Shown in pieces: positions 23,172 through 34,333 of a stretch of DNA of 64,000 nucleotides; positions within the stretch are counted from its first letter, which is position 1; each line of letters opens with the position of its first letter. Origin of the DNA: Phyllobates terribilis (taxonomy: Eukaryota); the NCBI RefSeq assembly GCF_046119375.1, contig NW_027362773.1:200756001-200820000 (forward strand), in the 5' to 3' direction. The position numbers were made by a program, and so were the translations under genes. Under the pieces are notes generated by a model that worked only from the letters and a program-made list of their open reading frames with translations, searched no databases and was not told where the DNA came from.

Positions 23172-23213
23172 GTTCGCTCAGAGAGGTCGACCTAGACAAG
23201 AATAAATCCTCTC
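23153..23213 (+). promoter_or_regulatory. Predicted -1 ribosomal frameshift signal (G GGA AAC plus H-type pseudoknot)
   Basis: Heptamer 23153-23159 is in the correct gag phase. 5-nt spacer. Stem 1 pairs 23165-23173 with 23190-23198; stem 2 pairs GAGAGG 23181-23186 with CCTCTC 23208-23213. pol is in the -1 frame and open from the heptamer. Confidence 0.8.
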
Positions 23214-24826
23214 CATCTCTGCTGTTGTCAGTCTCAATCGTCTGCGGGGAGAACCGTTATTTCGAACTAGCCCAACTTGACTCTGGAGCAGCCGGGAATC
23301 TTATTTCACAGTCCCTGGTAGAGAAATACCGCATCCCCACCAAACCTCTGGCTGTACCCTTGTCTGTTGCTGCCGTGGATGGGGGTCTCTTACCACGCCC
23401 CATCCAACTCATCACCGAATCCATTACTCTGCAGGTGGGAATGCTGCATTCTGAGAGTATCTCCTTTCATGTTCTGCCTGGACTCTCCCACGCCCTCTTG
23501 CTAGGCCTACCTTGGCTCCAGAGACATGCACCCGTGCTTGACTGGCAGACCGGAGAAGTCCTTCGCTGGGGACAGGACTGCCATAAGACCTGTCTGGTTC
23601 CCGTCCATCCCATCCGTCCTTCTCCTACCCCAGCTAATCTACCTGGACTTCCGATTCCTTATTGGTCTTATGCTGATGTCTTTAATAAAAAGGAAGCAGA
23701 GACACTACCCCCTCATAGACCATACGACTGCCCTATCGACCTGTTACCTGGTACTACTCCTCCCCGTGGGCGTATTTATCCATTATCCGCTGCTGAGACC
23801 CGGTCGATGTCCGAATATATTGAGGAGAATCTGGCCAGGGGATTCATCCGGAAATCTACCTCCCCGGCGGGAGCAGGCTTCCTTTTCGTCAAAAAGAAGG
23901 ACGGCTCTCTCCGTCCCTGTATAGACTATAGAGGCCTTAACCAGATCACGGTGAAGAATAAGTACCCCCTTCCGCTCATTCCAGAGTTATTTGATCGTCT
24001 GAGGGGGGCTAGAATCTTCACCAAACTGGACCTCCGTGGGGCGTACAACCTGGTTCGTATCCGTCAGGGGGATGAATGGAAGACGGCATTCAACACCCGG
24101 GACGGCCACTATGAATATCTGGTAATGCCCTTTGGTCTCTGTAACGCTCCTGCCGTCTTTCAAGAGTTGGTCAATGACATCTTCCGTGACCTTCTCTACT
24201 CCTGCGTAGTGGTGTACCTGGACGACATCTTGGTCTTCTCTCCGGATCTCCAGACTCACCGGAGGGACGTTCGTCAGGTCCTGCTCAGGCTCAGGCAGAA
24301 TCACCTCTTCGCTAAATACGAGAAGTGCCTCTTTGAGCAGACCTCGCTTCCGTTTTTGGGCTACATTATTTCTCAGACCGGCCTACGAATGGATCCAGAG
24401 AAACTGTCTGCCATCGAGAAATGGCCTCGACCAGAGGGGTTGAAGGCCATTCAGCGATTCCTGGGCTTCGCTAACTACTACCGCCTCTTCATACCACACT
24501 TCTCTTCCCGGACTGCCCCAATTTCCGCGCTCACCCGTAAGGGTACTAATCCCAAAGAGTGGCCGCCCGAAGCAGAGGAGGCCTTTCTTTCCCTAAAACA
24601 GGCCTTCTCTTCCGCCCCGGTGCTGCATCGCCCGGACGGCAACAAGCAGTTCTTCCTGGAAGTTGACGCCTCCTCCTCTGGAGCCGGAGCGGTACTTACT
24701 CAAAAATCATCTTCCGGGAGAATGGTAACTTGTGGCTTCTTCTCCAAACTCTTCTCCTCTTCTGAGCGCAACTATTCCATAGGAGACCAAGAGTTATTGG
24801 CCATCAAGCTGGCGTTGGAGGAGTGA
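23156..24826 (+). CDS. pol: Pol, N-terminal part: aspartic protease, RT and RNase H (ends at a premature TGA)
   Basis: LDSGAAGN (protease), LRPCIDYRGLN, YLDDILV (RT), EVDASSSG and ELLAI (RNase H). TGA replaces the Trp of LEEW. Confidence 0.9.
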   Translation, partial: KRLCLGSLREVDLDKNKSSPSLLLSVSIVCGENRYFELAQLDSGAAGNLISQSLVEKYRIPTKPLAVPLSVAAVDGGLLPRPIQLITESITLQVGMLHSESISFHVLPGLSHALLLGLPWLQRHAPVLDWQTGEVLRWGQDCHKTCLVPVHPIRPSPTPANLPGLPIPYWSYADVFNKKEAETLPPHRPYDCPIDLLPGTTPPRGRIYPLSAAETRSMSEYIEENLARGFIRKSTSPAGAGFLFVKKKDGSLRPCIDYRGLNQITVKNKYPLPLIPELFDRLRGARIFTKLDLRGAYNLVRIRQGDEWKTAFNTRDGHYEYLVMPFGLCNAPAVFQELVNDIFRDLLYSCVVVYLDDILVFSPDLQTHRRDVRQVLLRLRQNHLFAKYEKCLFEQTSLPFLGYIISQTGLRMDPEKLSAIEKWPRPEGLKAIQRFLGFANYYRLFIPHFSSRTAPISALTRKGTNPKEWPPEAEEAFLSLKQAFSSAPVLHRPDGNKQFFLEVDASSSGAGAVLTQKSSSGRMVTCGFFSKLFSSSERNYSIGDQELLAIKLALEE

Positions 24827-26452
24827 CGTTACCTATTCGAGGGGGCTCTTCACCCGGTAATAATTTACACTGACCACAAGAACTTGGCTTACCTCCAGCA
24901 TGCCCAGAGACTTAACCCGCGCCAAGCCCGGTGGTCCTTGTTTTTTGCTCGCTTTGATTTTGTTCTTCATTTTCGCCCGGCTGACAAAAACGTCAAAGCA
25001 GACGCCTTGTCCCGATCCTTTCTGGTGTCCGATCTCGAGGAAGAACCTAAACATATCATCGATCCCGCCAGAGTAATGCAGGTGGCTCCCGTGAGTCTAA
25101 ATCGTCTACCTCCCGGTAAGACGTTTGTTTCAGTACCTGATCGGAAGAAGATCCTACACTGGGGCCATTCGTCTAAACTAGCTGGCCACGCCGGTCAGAA
25201 AAAGACCCTCCAGCTTATTGCCCGGCACTACTGGTGGCCTACCCTGCACAAGGACGTAATAGACTTTGTTTCTGCCTGTGTGTCCTGCGCCCGCAACAAA
25301 GTCCCGAGACACCTGCCAGCCGGTCGCCTCCTTCCGCTTCCTGTGCCTGCTGCCCCCTGGCAGCATATTGCTATGGACTTCATAACTGATCTCCCCGTCT
25401 CCGCCGGTTGTACGGTCATTTGGGTGGTCGCTGATCGCTTTTCCAAGATGGCTCACTTTATTCCCCTGCCAGCCCTCCCGTCTGCACCCGAGCTGGCTAA
25501 AGACTTTATCCGCCACATCTTCCGTCTTCATGGCCTGCCCCTCCACATCGTGTCGGATCGTGGGGTACAGTTCACCTCACGTTTCTGGAGAGCCACTTGT
25601 AAACTGCTAGACGTCACCCTGGACTTCTCTTCCGCTTACCACCCACAGTCCAATGGTCAAGTGGAGCGGATCAATCAGAACCTGACCAGTTACCTCCGGC
25701 ACTTCGTTAATGCCCATCATTCAGACTGGGTGGATCTCCTACCATGGGCCGAGTTCTCTTATAACAATCACGAGAGCGAATCCTCCTCCAAATCCCCGTT
25801 TTTTGTAGTCTTCGGTCAGCATCCTCGGATTCCTTTTCCTGTCTCCACCTCTGTGGACAACCCGGCTGCGGAATCTCTCGTTAGCAAATTTTCCTCCATT
25901 TGGGAGAGTACCCGATCCGCACTCCTTCAGTCGTCCGAACGGATGAAAAGACACGCTGACAAAAAATGCCTGGATCCTCCAGAATTTCGTCCTGGAGATA
26001 AAGTCTGGCTCTCATCTAAATATGTCCGACTCAAGATACCTTCTTACAAGTTAGGGCCTCGGTTCATCGGTCCTCTGGAGGTCATCAGTCAGATCAACCT
26101 GGTGGCCTATAAATTGAAACTCCCGGCCAACTTACGGATCCCTAACTCCTTCCATGTATCTCTCCTCAAACCTGTGGTACTTAACTCTTTTTCCAAGTCT
26201 ACAGGTACGCCTCCTGCTCCGGTTTCTGCTGAGGACGAGTTTGAGGTAGAGAACATTCTTGCCACCAAAAGGGTAAGAGGAAAGACCTTTTTTCTAGTAG
26301 ATTGGAAGGGGTTTGGTCCTGAGGAGAGAACGTGGGAGCCCCGGGAGAACATCCATGCCCCTCTTATCCTAGCTAAATTTCTGTCTGGCCTAAAAAAGGG
26401 GGGGCCTAAAGGGGGGGGGTACTGTAGCGCCGGCGTCCCTGCCCTCTGCTAG
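24827..26452 (+). CDS. pol: Pol, C-terminal part: integrase with GPY/F motif and chromodomain (same frame)
   Basis: HHCC zinc motif (H..H...CVSC), MDFITD, SDRG, QSNGQVE, GPRFIGP, EFEVENIL...FLVDWKGFGPEERTWEP. Confidence 0.9.
   Translation, partial: RYLFEGALHPVIIYTDHKNLAYLQHAQRLNPRQARWSLFFARFDFVLHFRPADKNVKADALSRSFLVSDLEEEPKHIIDPARVMQVAPVSLNRLPPGKTFVSVPDRKKILHWGHSSKLAGHAGQKKTLQLIARHYWWPTLHKDVIDFVSACVSCARNKVPRHLPAGRLLPLPVPAAPWQHIAMDFITDLPVSAGCTVIWVVADRFSKMAHFIPLPALPSAPELAKDFIRHIFRLHGLPLHIVSDRGVQFTSRFWRATCKLLDVTLDFSSAYHPQSNGQVERINQNLTSYLRHFVNAHHSDWVDLLPWAEFSYNNHESESSSKSPFFVVFGQHPRIPFPVSTSVDNPAAESLVSKFSSIWESTRSALLQSSERMKRHADKKCLDPPEFRPGDKVWLSSKYVRLKIPSYKLGPRFIGPLEVISQINLVAYKLKLPANLRIPNSFHVSLLKPVVLNSFSKSTGTPPAPVSAEDEFEVENILATKRVRGKTFFLVDWKGFGPEERTWEPRENIHAPLILAKFLSGLKKGGPKGGGYCSAGVPALC
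26392..26422 (+). promoter_or_regulatory. Polypurine tract
   Basis: AAAAAAGGGGGGGCCTAAAGGGGGGGGG immediately before the 3' LTR. Confidence 0.8.
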
Positions 26453-27544
26453 GCAGGGACGCTGTTCCCCTCACCTCTCTGCTCCGTGCCCGGCGTCCTC
26501 CTCCCGCTCTGCTGGCAGCGCGCGCTCCTTCCCGGCCACTGTGCTTAGGGCGCGCGCGCTCTCCCTCCCTCTTAAAGGGGCCGCGAGCGCCGTCCTAAGG
26601 AGTCCCCGGCCAATGGCCGGAGGACTTCACCATATATAAGGCACCTACTCCAAAATGGAGGTGCCCGAGCAATGTTGTTGCACTGTTCACTACTCTGCTT
26701 CAGCCCTCAGGTCCCGTTGCCAGTTACCTGCCAGATACCTGCCAGATTCCTGCCAGCTTGCTGTCTTATTCCTGCCTGATTATCTGCTACCTGCCTGCTA
26801 GTCTGAGGTCCGACGGTCTGCCTTACTACTCCTGTCAGTCTGTCTAAGGACCAGCCTGTCCGCTCACCTGGGAGCGCACTTCAGCCACCTGCCTGCTTGC
26901 CTGAGGTCCGACGGTCTGCCTTCCAACTCCTGTCAGTCTGTCTATGGACCAGCTTGCCTGCTCACCTGGGAGCACACATCTGCTACCTGCCTGCTAGCCT
27001 ACCTGGAGGCTCCGCCGTCACGTGCTGTGACCACCTGCCTGTCCAGTGACTCCTGCCCGCTCACCTGGGAGCGCTCATCTGCTGCCTGTCTGCTAGCCTA
27101 CCTGGAGGCTCTGCCGTCACGTGCTGTGACCACCCGCCTGTCCAGAGACTTCTGCCCGCTCACCTGGGAGCGCTTATCTGCCGCCTGTCTGTTGGTCTTC
27201 CTGGAGGCTCCGCCGTCACATGCTGTGACCACCCGTTCATCCAGAGACTGCCCCGGTCACTTGCCGTGACCATCTGCCCGTTCATTCAGAGACTGCCCCG
27301 GTCACTTGCCGTGACCATCTGCCCGTTCATTCAGAGACTGCCCCGGTCACTTGCCGTGACCATCTGCCCGTTCATCCAGAGACTGCCCCGGTCACTTGCC
27401 GTGACCTCCAGCCCGTTCACTCAGAGACTGTCCCGGTCACCTGCTGTGACTTCCTGCCCGTCTTCCCTGGTCGCCACCCGCTCCCTTACAAGGACCGCCC
27501 CCTTGTATAGTAGCTCAGAGGTTCCGCCTCCCAGACCCGTTACA
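26423..27544 (+). repeat. 3' LTR (1122 bp)
   Basis: Matches the 5' LTR, with one extra 45-bp unit. Confidence 0.95.
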
Positions 27545-27997
27545 TTCCTGAGGCGGACAGGTCTACAAAAATGGGGCAGTACCAAAAGGCCCTTGTTGCC
27601 GAACTATTAAAAAAATTCCCATCTGAAAATGCTGGCGGCAGAGGTCACAGTTCGTTGGACAACCAAAGAGTACAGGCGAGAGAGACACAACTACAATCCA
27701 GCAGAGGCAGGGGAACACTGTCAAAGTACTGGGAGAGTTTTCTCAGCCCTTCCTATTGCACAGGCCCTGATGTGCGGGGTACACTCACAAGAAGTGCAAA
27801 GTTTGGGAAGATGCAGAGGGAGTACCCTGCCGACCGTACCAATGTCCTCCGTGATTCCTCTGTGCCTTATAATAATTGGGTATCCAAGCTGGACATGTTG
27901 CATGAATGGCTCTCTAAGCTTTGGAGGTCCTGGCTTGCCCTGCTGCTAGCATTTTATCAGAGCGGGTTTTTAGTGCCGCTGGTGGAATTATAACTTA

Positions 27998-29640
27998 CAG
28001 TTAGGTCCATATATATTTGGACAAAGACAACATTTTTCTAATTCCAGACATTACCACAATGAATTTTAAACAAAACAATTCAGATGCAGTTGAAGTTCAG
28101 AATTTCAGCTTTCATTTGAGGGTATCCACATTAAAATTGGATGAAGGGTTTAGGAGTTTCAGCTCCTTAACATGTGCCACCCTGTTTTTAAAGGGACCAA
28201 AAGTAATTGGACAGATTAAATAATTGTAAATAAAATGTTCATTTCTTTTACTTGGTTGAAAACCCTTTGTTGGCAATGACTGCCTGAAGTCTTGAACTCA
28301 TGGACATCACCAGACGCTATGTTTCCTCCTTTTTGATGCTCTGCCAGGCCTTTACTGCGGTGGTTTTCAGTTGCTGTTTGTTTGTGGACCTTTCTGTCTG
28401 AAGTTTAGTCTTTAAGAAGTGAAATGCATGCTCAATTGGGTTGAGATCAGGTGACTGACTTGGCCATTCAAGAATATTCCACTTCTTTGCTTAAATAAAC
28501 TCCTGGGTTGCTTTGGCTTTATGTTTTGGGTCATTGTCCATCTGTAGTATGAAACGACGACCAATCAGTTTGGCTGCATTTGGCTGGATCTGAGCACACA
28601 GTATGGCTCTGAATACATCAGAATTCATTCGTCTGCTTCTGTCCTGTGTCACATCATCAATAAACACTAGTGACCCAGTGCCACTGGCAGCCATGCATGC
28701 CCAAGCCATCACACTGCCTCCGCCGTGTTTTACAGATGATGTGGTATGCTTTAGATCATGAGCTGTACCACGCCTTCCCCATACTTTTCTCTTTTCATCA
28801 TTCTGGTAGAGGTTGATCTTGGTTTCATCTGTCCAAAGAATGTTCTTCCAGAACTGTGCTGGCTTTTTTAGATGTTTTTTAGCAACGTCCAGTCGAGCCT
28901 TTTTATTCTTAATGCTTATGAGTGGCTTGCACCATGCAGTGAACCTTTGTATTTACTTTCATGCAGTCTTCTCTTTATAGTAGATTTGGATATTGATACG
29001 CCTACCTCCTGGAGAGTGTTGTTCACTTGGTTGGCTGTTGTGAAGGGGTTTCTCTTCACCACGGAGATTATTCTGCGATCATCCACCACTGTTGTCTTCC
29101 GTGGGCGCCCAGGTCTTTTTGCATTGATGAGTTCACCAGTGCTTTCTTTCTTTCTCAGGATGTACCAAACTGTAGATTTTGCCACTCCTAATATTGTAGC
29201 AATTCCTCGTATAGGTTTATTCTGTTTTTGTAGCTTAAGGATGGCTTGTTTCACCTGCATGGAGAGCTCCTTTGACCGCATGTTTACTTCACAACAAAAC
29301 CTTCCAAATGCAAGCACCACACCTCAAATCAACTCCAGGCCTTTTAAATCTGCTTAATTGAGAATGACATAACGAAGGGATTGCCCACACCTGTCCATGA
29401 AATAGCCTTGGAGTCAATTGTCCAATTACTTTTGGTCCTTTTAAAAACAGGGTGGCTCATGTTATGGAGCTGAAACTCCTAAACCCTTCATTCAATTTTA
29501 GTGTGGATACCCTCAAATGAAAGCTGAAAGTCTGAACTTCAACTGCATTCGAATTGTTTTGTTTAAAATTCATTGTGGTAATGTCTAGAACCAAAACTAG
29601 AAAAATGTTGTCTCTGTCCAAATATATATGGACCTAACTG
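27998..29640 (-). mobile_element. Tc1-like element with long (about 215-220 bp) IR/DR-type TIRs; degenerate transposase
   Basis: CAGTTAGGTCC...GGACCTAACTG, flanked by TA on both sides. Minus-strand MRSKELSMQVK...RPGRPRK and FILQMDNDPKH fragments. Confidence 0.92.
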
Positions 29641-29792
29641 TATAAGCGCATCCGTCTGTCAACTGAAAATGCTGACTGGCTGACTCTTATAAAAATGAAC
29701 AAGAGCTGGATTGTGCCAGACTTCTCATTACCACCGAATGATAGCAGTGTAAGATAAACTCAAATCCAGTGTCTTTTTTTGGGAGGTGTATT

Positions 29793-31060
29793 TGACTCGC
29801 CCCCAGGGCCATGGGGTACTCAATAGCCGGGCCGGTCATTGGGGCTGGAGATGTCACAGTGGCAGTGACCCACTCCGTGACCCAGGGCAGTCAATGATAA
29901 GGGGAAAGATTTAATAAAGGGGATTTAAAGTTCTTTTAATATTCGTGAAGCCACCTGTGGTATGCGGCTAAAGGGAGCCACCGCTGCGGAGCAGGTCATC
30001 TGGAGCTGTTGTTCATGCAGGAGAGTTGGTTTAGCTCTCCACAGGTAGAGCTTAACTCCAGGGCAGTGTAGATGTTGTAAATATTGAGGTAGCAGTTGTG
30101 GCGCAGTGTAATACAGGGGGTGATGGCGGAGCAGTAATAATTCACAGAGACAGTGGGGTGCAGTCTTCCGGATTTACTCAAAGTTATCAGTTTGCTCCTG
30201 GTTACAACTGCAGATCATAACTTCCCACGTCATGCTGCGTTCACCAGGCAGGGGTTCAGCAATCCCTCAGGTATTTCAAGAGTGCCTGACAGGTCCCCAT
30301 TCTATATGCCCTTCTCAGCCGTCTTCCTGCGCTGGCTCACACCCTTCTTGCCCTGCGCTACGCAAACAGTGTCCCAAGCCGGTATCCTCGGATCTTTCTG
30401 GGCAACCTGGAGTTCCCTGGATCCTATGTGGTTACCTTTTTGGCGACTTGATTGCGGATGTGGCAACTGCACCCTGAAATACAGAAGCCTCTGGTTTCTT
30501 GTTGAACTTTGTAATTCTCACTAGTTAGGGGCCGGTCCCCTCTGCGGCTCGATCCCTCCACCGCCTGGTAGATTCGGGCGTATGGGTGGCCTCCAGCACT
30601 GTTCGTACCCCTGGGATCCCTTCTTCACTCCTGGAACCTTCCTTTCTGTTCCTCTCCTCCCCTCAGTCAGTCTCACCTCCTGGGCCTCTCACTAGGCCCG
30701 CTCTGCCTGAGCAGAGCTCCAACAGAGCTTCTGCTCCCCTCACTGTCCTTCTCTGACTGGAACCCTTCTAGATGGTTCCATCCCTTTTTAAACACTTGCC
30801 GAAGTGCTCCCCTAAACTCCTACCTCCACCCACACCCACTACATGGTTCCCGCTACTTTGGGTTCCCCCCACTCCAGCCAGGGACAGGACTCAGCAGGAG
30901 AGCGATGCATCTTGTCCCTCCTGCCGGTCTGGAGTAGTGTAGTGTTGGATGCAGGTGTTAAGGTCCCGGGCAGCACTCCATCCTTACCTGAGAGTGAGAT
31001 ACCACACCTCTGCGTGAGATGCAGTACCTCTGTGGCGACTGAACCTACAGGGGCGCCACA
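29793..31060. mobile_element. Solo LTR, same group as 9119-10330
   Basis: TG...CA termini; 4-bp TSD TATT (29789-29792 / 31061-31064); shared blocks such as CCCCACTCCAGCCAGGGACAGG and CTCCATCCTTACCTGAGAGTGAGAT. Confidence 0.85.
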
Positions 31061-31309
31061 TATTCCCATGCACCTATTCCCACCCACATATGGGTATACT
31101 CTTCCTGATTTTGGCTATTTGCTCTTGTCCTCCTCCTTCTCCTCATCCTCATTCTCCACCACCATATCACCAGGGTGATCGTGGTCCATGATGCAGCACC
31201 CACCTAATTTTTTAAAGGGTGTTTATGATGCCCGTAAATATTTTTTTATACAGTATGTTCATGTAAACCCCCCAGGATGTAAATGTTTGTCAGCCCATAC
31301 ACTTAGTTC

Positions 31310-31870
31310 ATGGGCATTACAAGTATAGGAGACCCGCTCCTTTCTAATGGGAACATTTTGTTATGAGGCCCTCCTCCACGTATTTTCCAAGGGGCATTGG
31401 TGTGCCTCCCAATTTTTGGTAGCCCTTGCATTCACTGCATAGGCAAACAGTATGGAAGACCCACTTCCTAATAATGATAATATTTTTTTCAGGAGGCCCT
31501 CTGACCTCCATGTCTCTTCCAAGGGGCACTGGAGTGTCTCCAAATTTTTGGCAGCCCTTGCATTCACTGCATAGGCAAACAGTATGGGAGACTCACTTCC
31601 TAATAATGATAACATTTTTTTAGGAGGCCCTCTGACCTCCACGTCTCTTCCAAGGGGCACTGGAGTGTCTCCAAATTTTTGGCAGCCCTTCCATTCACTG
31701 CATAGGCAAACAGTATGGGAGACCCACTTCCTAATAATAAGAAAATTTTTTCAGGAGGCCCTCCTCTATGTCTCTTCAAAGTGGTATTGGGGTGCGCCCA
31801 AATTTTGGGCAGCCCTGCCACTCACTGCATATGCAATAACAGTATAAGAGACCCAATCTTTAGTAATGGG
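31310..31870 (+). repeat. About 131-bp tandem array (about 4 units) in the 3' arm of hAT-B
   Basis: AGGCAAACAGTATGG recurs at 31441, 31573 and 31704. Confidence 0.85.
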
Positions 31871-34333
31871 AGCAACAAAGAATAGCCGGTTGATGGCTCT
31901 CTAAGAATAGTGAGGGCCGACTGCTTGCCAATTAAGAATAGTAAAGGCCGCCTGATGGCCCTATACAAATAGGCTTTGTGACTTTCAGATTCCCTCCTTC
32001 ATAAATGAAACAGGATGTGTCTGATGATATCTGACACACCACATGGCCAGATAAGGTTGTAAAATGTTAAAATAACATTTCCCGGTGAATGCATTTGTCA
32101 CGGTTGAAAGCAATGCAAAAGTGCAAAAACGCATCAAAAACACTACATGTGAACATAGCCCAAGGTGTGGAGGACCATTTTTGTTTTTGTATATTTATTT
32201 TGCCTTATATACAAGTCATTACCCTTGAAAGGATGTTCCTTAACAAATATTTTTGTATGTTTTATTGTGTGTCCGTAAAAGTGGCGTAATACTCTGACAT
32301 CGTTGTTGACAGCATTGAGTCTGGGAGTCAGAAATGTTTCCAGGGGTCTTTCCCATGCTCTTCCCATGTCATTTGAGCACTGTTCCCTTCGATTTGGGCA
32401 ATTTTTAGGCCGTCTGCCGACCGCCGAGGGGAGCCGCCTGAAAAATGCTCGAGTTTCCCATAGACTTACATTGGGCTCGTTGCTCTGGTCGAGCACCCGA
32501 GTATTCCAATGTGCTCGACACGAGCATCGAGCACCCGAGCATTTTAGTGCTTGCACATCACTATTACTGTCCTTTCAGGTAAAGTGTTCAGCAGTCTCTT
32601 ATCATCAGAGGCACCTATATACAGCTGATAACACAAGATCCACCAATCACAATAGACAATGTCACAACTGAGCCCCTCTCATCACAATGACCTTTATCTT
32701 TTTTTATTCAGACAATTCATGAGCATGTTCAGTGTGTGAGCCAGCCTATCGTTGCTAATCTACATGTAAATTTCCTAAAACAGCAAGTTAAAGTATAAAA
32801 TAGCCCCAGTGGCCTGTGTGAAAATTGCAACATTTCTAAAAACAATTTTTTTAATCAAATTGTGATACTTAGATTAATAAAACATTGCCAAAAAGTAAAA
32901 AAATATATATTTTAACAGAAAAACTTATTTTAGACATCAGGTGCTTTTTTGACTACACCTTCTTTTTAAAACTTTTTTATTGTTTACTGTTGTTCCATGG
33001 AATTTTTATTTATTTTTTGTGCATGCATTACATGGGCATTTAGAGATATTGTAAATGGAAATTGTGCAATCTTTCATTTGTACTTCGGGGACCCTGCAGA
33101 ATTGGGGGTCATTACAGCTGGACACTCTCTTATCTTGTTATATTTTGAGAATTTTTCAAATATAAACTTACATCCCAGATGGTTATGAGTATACAATTTT
33201 TTGTCTAAAAATGGAAAAACTCATTTTTTTTTCTCCTAAATCTAATCTTGTTTATTAATTCCAAAAAATATGGAACAATACAGTCAACCTAAATTGAGAT
33301 CGCAATATCCATTTCTAAGTTTTTATCCTCAGGAAATTTCTTAACTTTTTATTGTAGGGCTGCAAATTGATATTTAGCTTAGCAGATAATGTGCAGGAGT
33401 TTTTCTGGTGAACCTCGGCATTCAACAAGCGGCACATTACAAAGACCATTCATTTCCTGTCCCAGAGGTTCAGATAAATATAAAGATTCCTAGCGTACAG
33501 TTCCACTAGGCAAATCCCTTCAGTAGCTTCCAATTTCTATCTGAATTGAAGTCAAAATATTCAATTTATCATATAAGTCCTTCAATTGATGTGGCTTCTT
33601 CTTGAATGTCTGTCATTTCCTCCAAATATATTACACATTCTCTTCACACATATCCTATATCTTAAACTTCTGAAATAGTTGAAAAAAAATGAATTAATAC
33701 TTTACTCTTCTATTGTCTGTCACATGGCAACAGTTTATAGGACATTTCAACCATTTAAAGTGTTTTCTACAATTGGCCAAAGATTACAGATCACCATGAA
33801 ACAGGTACTGGGAATTGTAGGGGTCTTGAAGTTCTAGTCCACACTTGAACCATGGCATCTTCTATGGAGGAACTTTAGAAGTAAACACCGAGGGGAGAAA
33901 AAATAAAACTAGGACACTCATTGAGATCAATGGACCGAGAAGCACAGAGAATAGATACAAGTGGATCAATCCACAGAGGATCAATTTTGAGTCAAGTTAT
34001 CTGAACTTTGCGGCTACATGCTAATTCAAACACTTTGTTTCGTAAAGACTGTAAAACAAAATTACTTTTCAGGCAATTTTTTACACTGAAGCATCAGAGA
34101 GTCTGCAAATTACATTTTACGCAGCCACGTGGACTTCTCCATTATGCCCTGCAGCTAAGATATTACATAGTCTATTCCAGCCTCTCCTGTGGATTGTCAG
34201 ACCTGGCATGGCTGGGGACAGTACTTTTTCATATTTGCTATTAGAAGGATGAGATTGCCCTCACTGTTCCACTATATTATTTTTTCTCTCCACATGCCAC
34301 CTCTGAACAGCAGTATTAGGAGCCCCAGGAGCT

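Larger units (their letters stand above)
21131..27544 (+). mobile_element. Full-length Ty3/Gypsy chromovirus (Tf1/sushi-like)
   Basis: Paired LTRs with TGT...ACA ends; 5-bp TSD TTCCT (21126-21130 / 27545-27549); gag, then PR-RT-RH-IN-chromodomain; PPT. Confidence 0.97.
18104..29745 (+). pseudogene. hAT-B transposase pseudogene (frameshifts, stops, interrupted by Gypsy, Tc1 and an AT-rich insert)
   Basis: Fragments in the expected order: MGKARGKGRG, BED (CTTC...KHP), LTTDT*, VCDNGQNL, CLAHVLNL, CDVPTHWNST, YWFVTLLD, LEVLACPAASILSERVFS, KRIRLSTEN...KMNKSWI. Confidence 0.88.
16731..32563 (+). mobile_element. hAT DNA transposon family B (degenerate, heavily nested)
   Basis: TAGTGATG at 16731 and CATCACTA ending at 32563. 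Perfect 8-bp TSD TTACTGTC (16723-16730 / 32564-32571). GCTCG/CGAGC subterminal motifs. Confidence 0.92.

Noticed and set aside
24824-24829. Programmed stop-codon readthrough in pol
   Set aside because: The TGA replaces a conserved RNase H-region Trp (EEWR); a point mutation is the simpler explanation unless sister copies share it.
31310-31870. 131-bp array derived from 18S rRNA
   Set aside because: Only short word matches (ACCCAC, GAGGCCCT) with no collinear alignment by eye.
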